Assembly (NCBI RefSeq): GCF_000143415.4
Contig: NW_003314285.1
Span: forward strand, 1,205,370 to 1,269,369
Length of the DNA stretch: 64,000 nt
Reading direction: 5' to 3'
Origin: Selaginella moellendorffii
Taxonomy: Eukaryota > Plantae > Lycopodiophyta
A program made the translations under genes and the position numbers. This document shows, in pieces, positions 48,801 through 60,396 of the stretch; positions within the stretch are counted from its first letter, which is position 1, and each line of letters opens with the position of its first letter. The notes beneath the pieces were generated by a model that saw only the letters and a list, made by a program, of their open reading frames with translations, was not told where the DNA came from and searched no databases.

Positions 48801-50569
48801 TTTTTGTTAGATAGTGAATCTTATATTTTCCAATTATAATAGTTTTAGTGGTTTTTATACTATAATACTGGTTTATTGGATGATAACTTACTTGGAATAC
48901 TTTTGTGTTCTAATCTAAGATTTATTAACTAATACTTAAATCTCTAAGATATCATTGTCTTTGACTTTGATATTATCCATAGATTGATCTTTGGATTTGG
49001 GCTTATATAGGCAAACTAGCTTTGGCATTTTGTGTGCATGGTAAAATCTTTAGTACTGGGTTAGCTACTATCAAATTGTCACATCACCTGCCTCTCTCTT
49101 GATGTTCCTTATTCTATTAAAAAAGTGTGACTATGTAAAGAACTCTAATTGCTTTTTTACAAAAGTCTATCTAAACTTTACTGACATGTTTAGTTTCTTT
49201 GCTCATGAGGGTTGTGGCCTCTAGCTTTTCTCTTTGTACCACTTGCGAGTAGGGGCTTATCACTTTTTCGTAAACTGGGTGACACTTAGCGCAGCAAGGG
49301 TGGCAAAATCTATTGATCATTTCCTTATTGACAATGGCCAAAAAGTATTTGAGTTGGTAGCACATTTGTGTTAGATAAAGAGGTTATCCAAACTCATTTA
49401 AGTTGGTGCATTTCTCACAAAGTGTAAACACCACAAACGTTTTCTAAAGTTTTTTCCTTAGTGGTAGTCTAAACTAGAGTATGCATAAACGAGGATGCCA
49501 ATCTTCCTTAAGGGGGGAAGAGTGTCACGAATATGACTATGGGTATCAAAAATTGCTTGTCGGTTAATCCTTTTGGATATTCTTTCCTAACCACGACAGT
49601 AGGAGGTCAGTATTACTGGATCTTTTATCAATCTTCACCTAAGCTAGTTGAGAAACTAGTCATCACATATGCACTTAGATTAGAAGGGCACTAAGGAAAG
49701 AAATCCTAAGTTATTATTTAGTCAAACATATTTGATATAGTGATGAAAAATTCATGTTGTTGACTTACATTTGCTAGTGTTGGGAACCCCTATGATATTG
49801 AGTTTGATCCCTTAATATTTGCTAAATGATAGCTTACCATATTTGCTAAACACACTCACTATCATGCCCCTTGTGTTGGTATTGTTTGGTTCCATTGATT
49901 ATTTATGGAAAGTATCTAGATTTGTTAATTTGACATATCTACAGAATGTAAAGATTGTTATGAACACAATGGTGTTGGTTTTGTATCCAAATTCACAATC
50001 CAATGCTATTCCATATTTAGTAAATTTCAAGCTTATTCTAGAGACTAACTCTTGGTACTAAGGTTGGATAAAAGTGAAAGCTCAAAGTATGCATTCCTCA
50101 AGGGAAAGGGGGGCATTATAGTGGGTCCCAAATGTATAGTAGGGATAATAATGGGTAAGTTAGGCATGGCTGACTAACTTAAGGCATAGTTTAGCTCTTA
50201 CTTCCTTGTTTTGCATTTGGCTTAAGTTTAAGCCTAAATTCCATACCATACAGATGGAATACCCATATCCTTAGGTTATGCTACCGATATGTTGAAATAA
50301 CACTAGACTCCATTTGATTCTATTTTCCATGCTAGTTTTGGCATTAGGATGCTAGAAGCTTTAGGACTGTTCTAACATCACTCCATGCTCTTGTCCCCTT
50401 GCTCCTTGGGTTGAATGCTCAAGAGTAATTCCATGCTTTAGTTCTTTTACTCCTTGATTACAAACTTGGGAGTTTGGCTCTATACCTTTATTCAATGGCC
50501 CAAGGCCATGAAACTTACGTTCCACTCCATTGTTCTTGGACGTGTGGCATATAGAAGGTTTAGGTTTAT

Positions 50570-53500
50570 GATTTGTTGATGATTTTGCCCAAAAGCCATT
50601 CCATATTCATGAGTCATTACAAACTAATAAAGGGGTTAGAGTTGATTATAATTAACTTGAACTTTAGCAAGTAGTTTATATGATACAGCTTGAAAGGGAT
50701 GTTGACTTTTGGGGCTAAAGAAATTGATTTATAGAGAAAAGTGGCTATTATGCTTCTTTAAAAATATGATCCTTATGCCTTTCTTCATTAGTGTTATACT
50801 TGGTAGCAAGTTGTATTTTGCATTTTGTTAAATTTTATAAGAGTAATAAGCTCTCACTAATCTTGATTTAGTCTTGGTGGTTCTCTACCTTAGCTAAGGA
50901 TTGTGATATCTAATTTAGTTGTTTAAGGTTGAGATGTTAATACTTAAACTGTAGTTTTATCTATTAAGAAGTTGTGTACTACATGAGTCCATTTTATAGT
51001 CTTCACTTTAGTTTTAGCTAAGTGTCAATCATGCATAGTTAGCCTTTTTTATTATACTCAAAGTTGTTGCCTAGACATATTAGTAAGTTTATTGCTATCC
51101 AATTAGATTTAAGTAGTTATTATTCATACTTGTCCATATTATTATATATTGTACCTATGGTGTTACTTTCTTGTTGGACAAGTATATCACATGATGATGT
51201 GAGTTTAGTGTTTGAGTCTTATAAATGTGATATGTGACCAACACCATATTGTTTAGGACAAGCTCTACATTCTATAGATATTCCATAGTGATTACTAATT
51301 GCTTTGTGACTAGTGATTGCTTATAAACTTTTTCAAAAATTGTTGGCACTTGCTTCACTTAATGATGATTTAACAATTATAGACTTATTTACCAAATGAT
51401 ATTGCGAAGGATTGTGTTCTTAAGATTTCATGATTTTTCCATATTAACATATTGGTTCTATCTTTGTTCATATTATCTAGTTGCATTTAGTTTGTGGTAT
51501 TGGATTGCAATGATATGTTATTTATAATTAAATATTGTTGAAGGATTAGTATTTTAGACCTTGATTAACTTAGTTGCTAAAAGAGTTTTAAGTGGTGGTT
51601 CACTTTTTCTTTCTCTAGCTTTATGGCATTCAAATGATGCTATGATATTAACATTATTAAAGTTCAGATTAGAATGAGATAGGATATTTCTTCATGGGTA
51701 TATTGTGAAAGTTTGACTTTCAAATAGTTAGTGTTTAGGTCTTATTGGAGATTAACATTTTATTCCACTAGTCTCAATGATAATTGTGTTGATAGTTTGG
51801 CTATACCTTTATATTATTGATATTTGTGCATTTGCTAATTAAAAAATATATTGATATTCAAACAAACTAAGTGGCAAGTTGGATTAGTTATATTTTAAAC
51901 AAGTTTATTTACTAAGGGTTGAGCTTTAACTTTTCCTTAAAGAGTGATTTAATCATGGACTATACTAGCTTTGCAAAAGGAAAAGTTAAGGATCGATCAA
52001 AGTTGTGGATCTTTATTGGATTTGAGTTGAGATAATATTGATTATTGATGATTCTTTTTATGTTCATTATGAAGTAAGTTACCTCTTGCTATAGACAAAA
52101 TATTGATTTAACGACCATTTATTAAGTATAATTTTGTTATGTTTGGCTTTTGGATTGATATATATGCTCTTCATTAACTTTTATATTATAAATTTTAGCT
52201 TGTAGATATGTTAAGCAGGATATTGTGGATTGTACTATGATTTCTTTTTTAGCATTGAAGTTAATTTATACGAGACTCATGATCATTGCTAAATAAGACT
52301 TACCTATAAAATTATTTAAGCTTTAATTCTTTGAATTCTTGTACTCAATTTTTTAATTGTTAAAAAGTTGTCAAAGAAGGCATTTTGGCTCATTAGTCCT
52401 GCTTATGAAGTTGGTTTATCCATCTGGTAATCATTGATGATGATTAACTGTCATTTATGATAGTTGATTATCCTTATTAAAGGTCCTACTTGATTATTAT
52501 TACTATTGGATGATTTATCATTCTTTGGGATAATAGATTCTTCTTTAATAATGATTGTGCATCTCTATTGAGGGGATGATTAACAATCTTTTATGATAGT
52601 TAATTGTTATCTTAATAGCTTTTGGTTTTCTACATTACTACATATTCTTTATGGTTTATTTTAGTTTGGTATTTTAGGTTAGAGATATCAGAAGGATGTT
52701 ACTAATACTTACTTTAGCAACTTTGGTTCCATAATTTTGTTGATTGAGATTTATTCAAATTGGCTGGAGTGATAGTTAGTATGAATGAGTATTTATTGGC
52801 CTTCTAACATTTATTTTATTCTATAGATTATTACTAAAGTTGGTTCTAATAGATTAGGATGTTATTTCCTTTAGGTAATATATTCACGAGAAATTTTTTA
52901 TCCAATTAATGATATTTTATATTTTTTTAGTTATCTTTTATAAGTGATTTGGCATGTTATCTGCACTCTTTGGTAATTAAATTTTATCATTGAGCTTTCT
53001 TGATGATATACTTGCTATTAAATATTATTAGATGATTAATCTTATATCTTGAAACTATAGTGATCTTGGTGGTTTTTATACTATACTGGTTTATCAAATA
53101 ATAACTTAATTAGAAAAATCTTATGTTTTAATATAATATTTATTCAATGATAATTTGATATTTTTATCTATGACTTTAATATTATCCATCTATTGACCTT
53201 TGGATTTGGGTTAATATAGGCAAATTAGTTTTAGCACTTTATGTGCATGGTGAAGTCTTTAATCATGGGGTAACTACTATTAATTAGTCATATCACCCAC
53301 CTCTCTCGATGTTAAAAGTGTGTAACTGCATAAACAACTTTTATTACCTATTTACAATAGTCTATTTAAACCTTACCAATAGATTTATTTTGTTTACTTA
53401 TGAGGGTTGGGCCTCTAACTTCTCTTTCTATGTCACTTGCAAGCAAAAGTATATCATCTTTTGTAATTTGGGCAATACTAAGAGTAGCAAAGGTGGTTGA

Positions 53501-53600
53501 TTCTATTGGTTATTTCCTTATCAGTGATGGTTAAAAGGTGTTTAAGTAGTAATGCATTTGTGTTAAATAGAAATGTTTCCATCTAATTCATTTAAGTTGA
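50570..53600 (+). mobile_element. Further decayed copy of the family-B internal region
   Basis: Repeats the sequence of 38500-38750 plus 47125-49410, without the nested insertions. Confidence 0.7.
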
Positions 53601-55610
53601 TGTATTACACAAATCCCTATGTCCCAAAATAGAGTCAAATATAAGTTATATGACAATTGCTAAGGCAAAAATCTAACAAATGTAATACATTGGACCAAAA
53701 GCTCTAACTTGGAAAATCAAGTGCAAAAGTGGAACTTCCAAAGAAGTGCTCAAGTAATAAGTACAAAGTGATCAGTAAACAAGTCTTTAGAAAGGGATAA
53801 AAGAATGACTAACACATAGCAAGTGTCATAACATATGGAAGTGTTAAGATCGAGACTAAAATGAAGTCCAAGATTAGGTACAAGACTAAGTTTAAGATTA
53901 AGTTCAAGACTGAGTTCAATTTCAAGTTTCAAGTTGAGACCAAATTTGTGATTGAGACCAAATCCAAATCTGAGTTCAAGGATGAAAGCCCAAAGTGATC
54001 ATCTGATAAGTTCCTAGAGATAGAAAGGGGGAGAACTTTAGGGGAACTAGTGTGTCTAGGAAAGACTAATATAATTAAGGAAAGCTATAATTATATGGTG
54101 GGTGATGATATGAACACTTAAAAGTCTACGAATAAAGTAAGCATGAATGGATAAATGAAGTGACTTGATGAAGTGTTCAAGAATTAGCTTTAGCTCTTCT
54201 AGGAGATTGAATGGTCAATGCTCCCTAAGTGTGGGTGGTATTACTTATTTGGATACTTTGTATAGCTCATTAAAACCTCACTCTAGCCACATAGTTGAGA
54301 CATCTTTGTGGTAAAAGATGGGGTAGTACCTACATTAAGCTCTAATGTTTTGAAATGTCATCCCAAAGTAACTAACAATGAAAACAAAAAAGAGTAGCCT
54401 TTTTGCTTAGTAATCAAATGTATGGTTATATAGTGTAGGAAGTCCTAAATGTTAATAAGACTTAGTGGTCAAACCTTCAAGCCCTAACCTAATGGCAACG
54501 AGGGTGAACATTGTTGTGGATGAAGTAGGGATTGAAAAAGGGATATTAAAGGATATTGTTCCCTAGCAATATTGTTTCCTAAGAATGCTAAGGAATGGTT
54601 ATAAAATAACCACTTGTGATTGAAAGGTATAGTTTTAGAAAGATAAGACTATGGCATAAAGTTACTAATAAAATATTGAGCCTTACTATAAGAAGTTAAG
54701 ACTTCAATAGTACTTTTGGGTGTCTAAAGTGGGATTGAATATATAACACACTTGGAATAAGTGAAAAGTCGACATGGGCTTGAGATTACCTATGAAAGTT
54801 AACAAGTACCCTAAGTTGGGATGAGAACCTATAAAAGTTGTGAATGTGACTCCTTTAAATGGTTTAAGGTGTGATTAAGTGACTAAAGTATAATGAAAAC
54901 TTTAATCATTTACAATTGATTTTAACTCCTTTGAAAGATTGGATGGTTTATGTTCCCAATCCAAATATAAGTGGCACTACCTATTTAGATACTTTGTGTT
55001 AGTCACCAGAACCTCATTCTAACCATATAGCCAAAGCACTCTAGTGGCAAAAAGTGGGGAGAGTACCTCAGGACTCATGATATTTCGAAATATCATCTTA
55101 AAACCTTAAATGGCAAAAAGGAAGAAGAGTGGTCCTTTTGCTTAGTAACCAAGGGTATGGTTATATGATAAGGAAATTCTAAAGGTCAATAGGGTTTAGT
55201 GGACAATCTTTCAAACTCTAAACTATTGACGAGCACTACCATAAATAAAGAGGGATTTGTTGGGGATTAAAGAAAGGATATTGAAAGATAATATTCCCCC
55301 ATGTTTTAGGGCATTCTAAAGATGCTAAGAAGTGGTTATAAAATGACCATAGTTAGAATGGATGGCTTAGTTTTGGAGAGACAGGTATGTGGTATAAATG
55401 GTTTTGAATTACATTTGAGACAATGTGAATGGATAAAGCTTTAGAGGCTAAGATACCTTTAAATGTGTTTAATAGCCTTAAACATATAGAACATTTAGAG
55501 AAGTGTGAAGGCAACATTTTAGAGACCACCTTTAGGGTTTTGGTTATGAGTGAAACTTTTTCAAGTGGTCAAAAGTGTAGTTAAGCAATGAAAGTAGAAT
55601 GGAAAGTTTA
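53601..55610. mobile_element. Strongly AT-eroded family-A LTR (53601-54914) followed by a second partial copy
   Basis: TGTATTACACAAATCCCTA...ATCATTTACA; collinear with 28164-30030. Confidence 0.7.
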
Positions 55611-56454
55611 AGAATTAGGGAAAAAAACATAGGTGAAAGCAAATCCAAATTGGGCAAATGTAAGAAGTGATACATTCAAGAAGATATCTCATAAGATCAA
55701 GTGAAGATCATCAGTAATAAAGTATAATAGGGTTAGCATGCCACCTCCCTATCCCCCTTAGAGAATCTTATGTTTATATAGGATTTAGAGACTAAAGAAG
55801 ATCTCATAGCCTACTAGTGGTAACACAACTTGTGTGAGGGCTATCTAGTGGCAACACTAGCTTTAAGACTTTAATTTTCAATATAAATGTGTACTCCCTT
55901 ATGTTTCTCTTGGAAAGTCTCATAGCAATAGCTTCTAGGTGCATAGGGATTATTCCCAAAAGTTTCCCCATGATCTACATGTTCTAAAGTGCTTTAGAGT
56001 GCTGGGTGCAAAGATCTCTCATAGGCCCATAAATGCCTGCAGTAGAAATATCTAAAATAGAGAACTAGTGATTGGAGTAGTAATTCAAAAAACAAACAAA
56101 AAATGTATAGAGCAATGAAGTAAGGTGAGAGCTTTGGAGGAAGTTGCTAACTGGCACCATATAGCCCTATGGGGACAAGTTCGTCTATTCCACTTTGTTG
56201 AATGGCACATGCCAAGCATTAGAAATAACACACCTTACTTTAGCTACACTCTATTTTTGTAGCTTTTGTAACATATTGTTATATAAGGAGCAAGCTAGGT
56301 GAATAGCCATGGTTATTTTGGCTTTAGCAACATATAAGACATTATATTCTTCTTAGTTTTTGGACTATTGCATCCATCCTAGATGGTTCAAGTTTAATTG
56401 GATTGAAAATATATATACATACAATTTTATTCGTTTTATTAACAAATATTGAAA

Positions 56455-57447
56455 ATGAATGCTTTTCTAGTTTATGCTTTATTTGTGCTTTATATTTTAC
56501 CAGATCAAATTTATTCATGTACTCTCGATTCACAATGTCCTAGTGGTTATAGATGTAAGAAATATATTTGCAAAAGAACATGTTTTCCAGGTGATTTTTA
56601 AATTTTTTATCTTAGATTTAAGTAATTTTTCAACAGGTGATGCAGTATTACAACTTTATAATGGAAATAAAAAACAAATGAAAAATATTTCTATAGGAGA
56701 TAAGGTTTTTATTTAAAATCATTTTCATCTTTTTGTATATAACATTAAATTTTAAGTTCTTTTCTAGGTTGCAGTTCGAACTAAAAATGGTGAAATACAT
56801 TATTCTGATATATATGCTTTTGGGCATCAAGATTATGATGCTTATGAAAATTTTATTCATATTGATATTGAAAATAATAAAAGCATTGAATTATCCCCTT
56901 TTCACTTTATACCAATAGTATCAAAAACAGGTAATAGTATTATGATGAAAATCTTAAATTACTCAATTATATTTTAGGCTCAATCATCTATAAATATGCT
57001 AATGATATTACTAAAAATGATTTATTACTATCTCTAGATGAAAAATTAGGAAAAGTTTTAACTTATAATATAACTGGTAAGTGATATAAATAAATAGTTT
57101 AACTCACTATTTTTATTTTTATAGGTTTTTATACTTTAAAAAAGCATGGACTGTATAACCCATTCACACTATTTGGGGATTTAATTGTTAATGATATTAT
57201 TGTATCACCTCATAGTGATTGGTTTTTAGATGATTTATTTAATTTTTTTAAGTTAAGTTACATATTACCTTATGTATATCATATTATCTTATTTCCTATT
57301 CAAGTTATATACATGAATTTAAATTTTAAAATTTATCTTTATTTATATAAATATTTTACAAGAAACATATTAATGATTAACCATATCATTGAAGTGGGAA
57401 TATTATGGACATTTATCTATAAAATAAAATGTTTTATTAAAGAATAA
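56455..57447 (+). CDS. Secreted Hog-domain (Hedgehog-type Hint + sterol-recognition-like region) protein, 262 aa; exons 56455-56590, 56637-56704, 56768-56930, 56978-57076, 57125-57447
   Basis: Four GT-AG introns of 46-63 bp splice to a stop-free 789-nt frame: MNAFLVYALFVLYILPDQIYS-CTLDSQCPSGYRCKKYICKRT-CFPGDAVLQLYNGNKKQMKNISIGDKVAV..YSDIYAFGHQD..IELSPFHFI..YANDITKNDLL..GLYNPFTLFGDLIVNDIIVSPHSDWF..YHIILFPIQVIY..*. Confidence 0.92.
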
Positions 57448-57622
57448 TATTTTGGCATAAGAATACTCAAACTATTATGAATAAATTTAACTATATTAAA
57501 ATTTTATCACTTTGAATAAAAATAATTAAAATTCAAGATTTAAATACTTAATCCATATTTTTAGGGCAAGAGTTTCTTTTAGTTCCAAAAATGTAGTTAT
57601 CTAACTAACCATTTTGTTGGAG

Positions 57623-58952
57623 ATGGTGTTGCCGGCTGCAATCGTGTGCCTATTCTTCGTGGTCCTTGTGCTTGCCATTTGCAACCAACAAGGACACCCA
57701 GTGCTCTTCCCGGTTGTGGCCAACACAAGAGCAGCGAGCTCGGTCAGAAAAGCAGCACTCCCAAGAGATCAACACACCGGTAGTGATTTGGATCAACAAG
57801 CTCACCTAGAGGACGACTTCTTCTCACTTGCCCCGGACATCAGTGAGAATAGTCACACTCACTTCCCAGCAGTAGCAGGCAAGAACGTTGATCGTGAGCG
57901 TCAGGATCGAGTGACACCATCAACACCATTAACAGCACCACCATCTCCAATGCTAGCAGTAACACCATCGCCACTCCTATCGCCTGCGTGGGAAGGAAAC
58001 CATCCCACTAGCAACTTCTCCTGGAAGCAAGACAATGACGATGGCGACAATCAGACATCTCTCGAGTCCACCCTCACGTCGGCATCCATGGAGAACAAGA
58101 CCATCCTCGTCACCGAGCTCAACAAAGCATGGGCCGTGGGGGGAATGTTCGACTTGTTTTTGCGCAGCTTCCACACCGGCGAAGGAATCCTCCACCTCTT
58201 GGATCACCTCCTCGTTGCCACGCTCGACCGGGAGGCATCCGCCGTGTGCAAATCCAAGCGCCTTCATTGCTTCCGCCTGAAAACCCCCAGGCTGGATCTC
58301 TCCACGGAGAACAATTACAACACCCCAAACTATCTCGAGACCAACAAGCTCAAGATCCAGTTCCTGGGCAATGTTCTCAAGCTTGGATTCAACTTCCTCT
58401 ACACAGTAAGAGAGAGATATTCTTCGATCTTTGTTCCACCACCTTTCTCCTTGACGTGCACAGGACGCTGATATACTCTGGTTTCGCGCTCCATTCCAGC
58501 ACTTCTCGCGAGAATCCGACCTCGACGTCTCTTGCAACCACGATTTCAATGGAAACTCGTCCGACATTGCGAACCACATCAACACGGGCATCCTCCATGT
58601 TCGATCAAACCAGCGGACCATCAAGCTCTTCGACCTGTGGTTCGAGCAGCAGGAAACTTCCCCGGACAAGAACGACCAGGACGTGTTCGAGGCCATGAAA
58701 GAGACGCCTGATTTTGCCAGCATTGGATTGAAGCTCAAGTACATCCCAACCGAGTACTTGAGCGGCTACTGCCACATGAACACCGACTTTGAGAAGATTT
58801 GCGCCATTCACGCCATCTGCTGCATTAGTCAGGAAGTAAAGCTCGCCGCTCTCAAGCAATCTCTAGAAGATTGGCTCCTGTACAAAACCATCACTCCCCA
58901 GGAGAGTAGAGAGATTGATTTCCAATTTACCGTCCCAGAGTGCTCGATGTAG
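57623..58952 (+). CDS. Nucleotide-diphospho-sugar transferase family protein (GT77-like, At4g15970-like); exons 57623-58405 and 58464-58952
   Basis: Type II TM anchor. ASMENKTILVTELNKAW, DLFLRSFHTGEG, LGFNFLYT|DADILWFRAPF (DxD motif), NTGI, DQDVF and HAICC. Confidence 0.9.
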
Positions 58953-59225
58953 ATAGCAGCTGCGATGAAAAAAAAGAGAGACTGTTCTCGATCTAAATTT
59001 ACGAAAGCACTCACCTGTGTAGCCTTTCGTGATTGCAAACGAAAAGCAAAAGGTCTACCTCAAACCTCCGGCATGGCAACAGTTAAAACTGGTCTCGTTT
59101 ATATAAGAAAATGTAGCATGCAGTTGGCATTTCTTTCGCAAGATCCTGCCAAACAGAACAATTCAGTCAAGGTTTCAAAACCAAGAACGCAATGAATTCG
59201 TGGGAGAAGAAATCCACCTTGAGAC

Positions 59226-60257
59226 TTATTTGTTGCAAAACTCCCGACTAGAAACGTTGGTGCCATCTACGAGAGGAACGCGTTGATCCGGACGAAGAAT
59301 GCTCCAGTTGGGAGAAGCTGCAGCTCGAAGCCACCGGAAGTCGTCAACTTTCTCCCACAATCCAGTCTCCTCGGCCAAGTTCGCTGCCTTGAGATGATCC
59401 TCAATCCCTTGGTAGTGGAAAGCGTAGGGAGCAAACCGGACTCCACTAACATGCTCCACGATCGGGCGACTCCGGACCCGGAGATAAAAATCCGTGTTGG
59501 TGGTGGAGTGGATTCTAATCTGGTGGGACGCGAGCATGAAAATGCAGCTGTCGATCTCCTCCAGAAGAATGGATCCCGTGACTGCGCTCACGTAGACATG
59601 GCAGTTCTTGAGCTTGTGGAAGAACATGGCGCGGAAGATCCCCCTCAAGAACACCGTGCAGTGCGTCAAGTTGGAGAGCGTCACCTCTGTCTCGCTGGAT
59701 TCACCCGAGTCGTGGACGATGGTGGAGTTCTTGGCGTCGCGAATGGAGTGGAGCTTGGCAGCTCGATCAGCCATGAACGATGGAGTCTCATCTTCTTCTT
59801 CCTCGTTTTTCACCGCTGGTGGCGTTACCGTTTCTTTCGGTGACGAGGAAGAGTTCTTGGCCCGGAAGGAGAATTTCTTCTTGGGGATGACCTCCGCGAT
59901 GGCGCTCTCGAGCGATTGCTTGAGCCTGTCCACCACCGATCGAGAGCTCTGGACGTCGTAAGGCGGGAGGAAGTAGCTCGCATCCGACACCATCTTGTCC
60001 ATGGCCGCGAGCTGGACCGCGACGGCATCCATGTCGGCCTTGCCGGATGCGCTGCCGGACTGGCGGATGCGACTGAGCGATTCCTCCACGACCTTGCGCT
60101 GCTCGTCGAAGGCGCCCTGGAACGCACCTGTGGATTCCAGTGGATTCGCGGATGCCGCTGCGTCGTGGCGCCGGGCCTCCGCCTGGCGCGCCCGCTCGCT
60201 GTCCAGCGCCGCCAATCGCTCCAGCATTGCAGCATAGCGCCCATCCTTGGCCTCCAT
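59226..60257 (-). CDS. TFCC: Tubulin-folding cofactor C
   Basis: SYFLPPYD, PKKKFSF, ASHQIRIH, YLRVRSRPIVE, FAPY and VDDFRWLRAAASPNW. Confidence 0.95.
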   Translation of the reverse strand: MEAKDGRYAAMLERLAALDSERARQAEARRHDAAASANPLESTGAFQGAFDEQRKVVEESLSRIRQSGSASGKADMDAVAVQLAAMDKMVSDASYFLPPYDVQSSRSVVDRLKQSLESAIAEVIPKKKFSFRAKNSSSSPKETVTPPAVKNEEEEDETPSFMADRAAKLHSIRDAKNSTIVHDSGESSETEVTLSNLTHCTVFLRGIFRAMFFHKLKNCHVYVSAVTGSILLEEIDSCIFMLASHQIRIHSTTNTDFYLRVRSRPIVEHVSGVRFAPYAFHYQGIEDHLKAANLAEETGLWEKVDDFRWLRAAASPNWSILRPDQRVPLVDGTNVSSREFCNK

Positions 60258-60396
60258 CGCTAGGGTATTTGCTAGTTTGCTAGAGTGAAACTAGGAGATG
60301 GATTGGAATTCCAGGGCCATCGCGGAGATGGATCGCGATTCCAGGTATTGCGTGAAATCCAGCTGCTAGACAGCGAGCTAGAATGCGTCGCCAAGA

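Larger units (their letters stand above)
36258..50570 (+). mobile_element. Old family-B LTR retrotransposon (probably Ty3/Gypsy): 5' LTR 36258-37373, PBS, decayed internal region, PPT, truncated 3' LTR 49523-~50570
   Basis: TTTGGTATTAGAG follows the 5' LTR. AAGGGGGGAAGAG directly precedes TGTCACGAATATGACT. A possible RT relic (LNDVLFYS) lies near 47810. Confidence 0.75.

Noticed and set aside
53596-54919. GTTGA/ATTGA as a TSD of the eroded family-A LTR
   Set aside because: The left flank is family-B internal sequence and the right flank is family-A sequence, so they are not one target site; the match is probably chance.
55620-56340. Possible further element or exon upstream of the Hog gene
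   Set aside because: No termini, motif or spliceable frame could be supported.
56474-56918. ORF-track ORFs of 80, 70 and 61 aa treated as separate genes
   Set aside because: They are intron read-through, wrong-frame or antisense fragments of the spliced Hog gene.
56581-57447. Intein (protein-splicing element)
   Set aside because: No C-terminal His-Asn-Cys/Ser/Thr junction, no host extein and no endonuclease; the tail is Hog-like.
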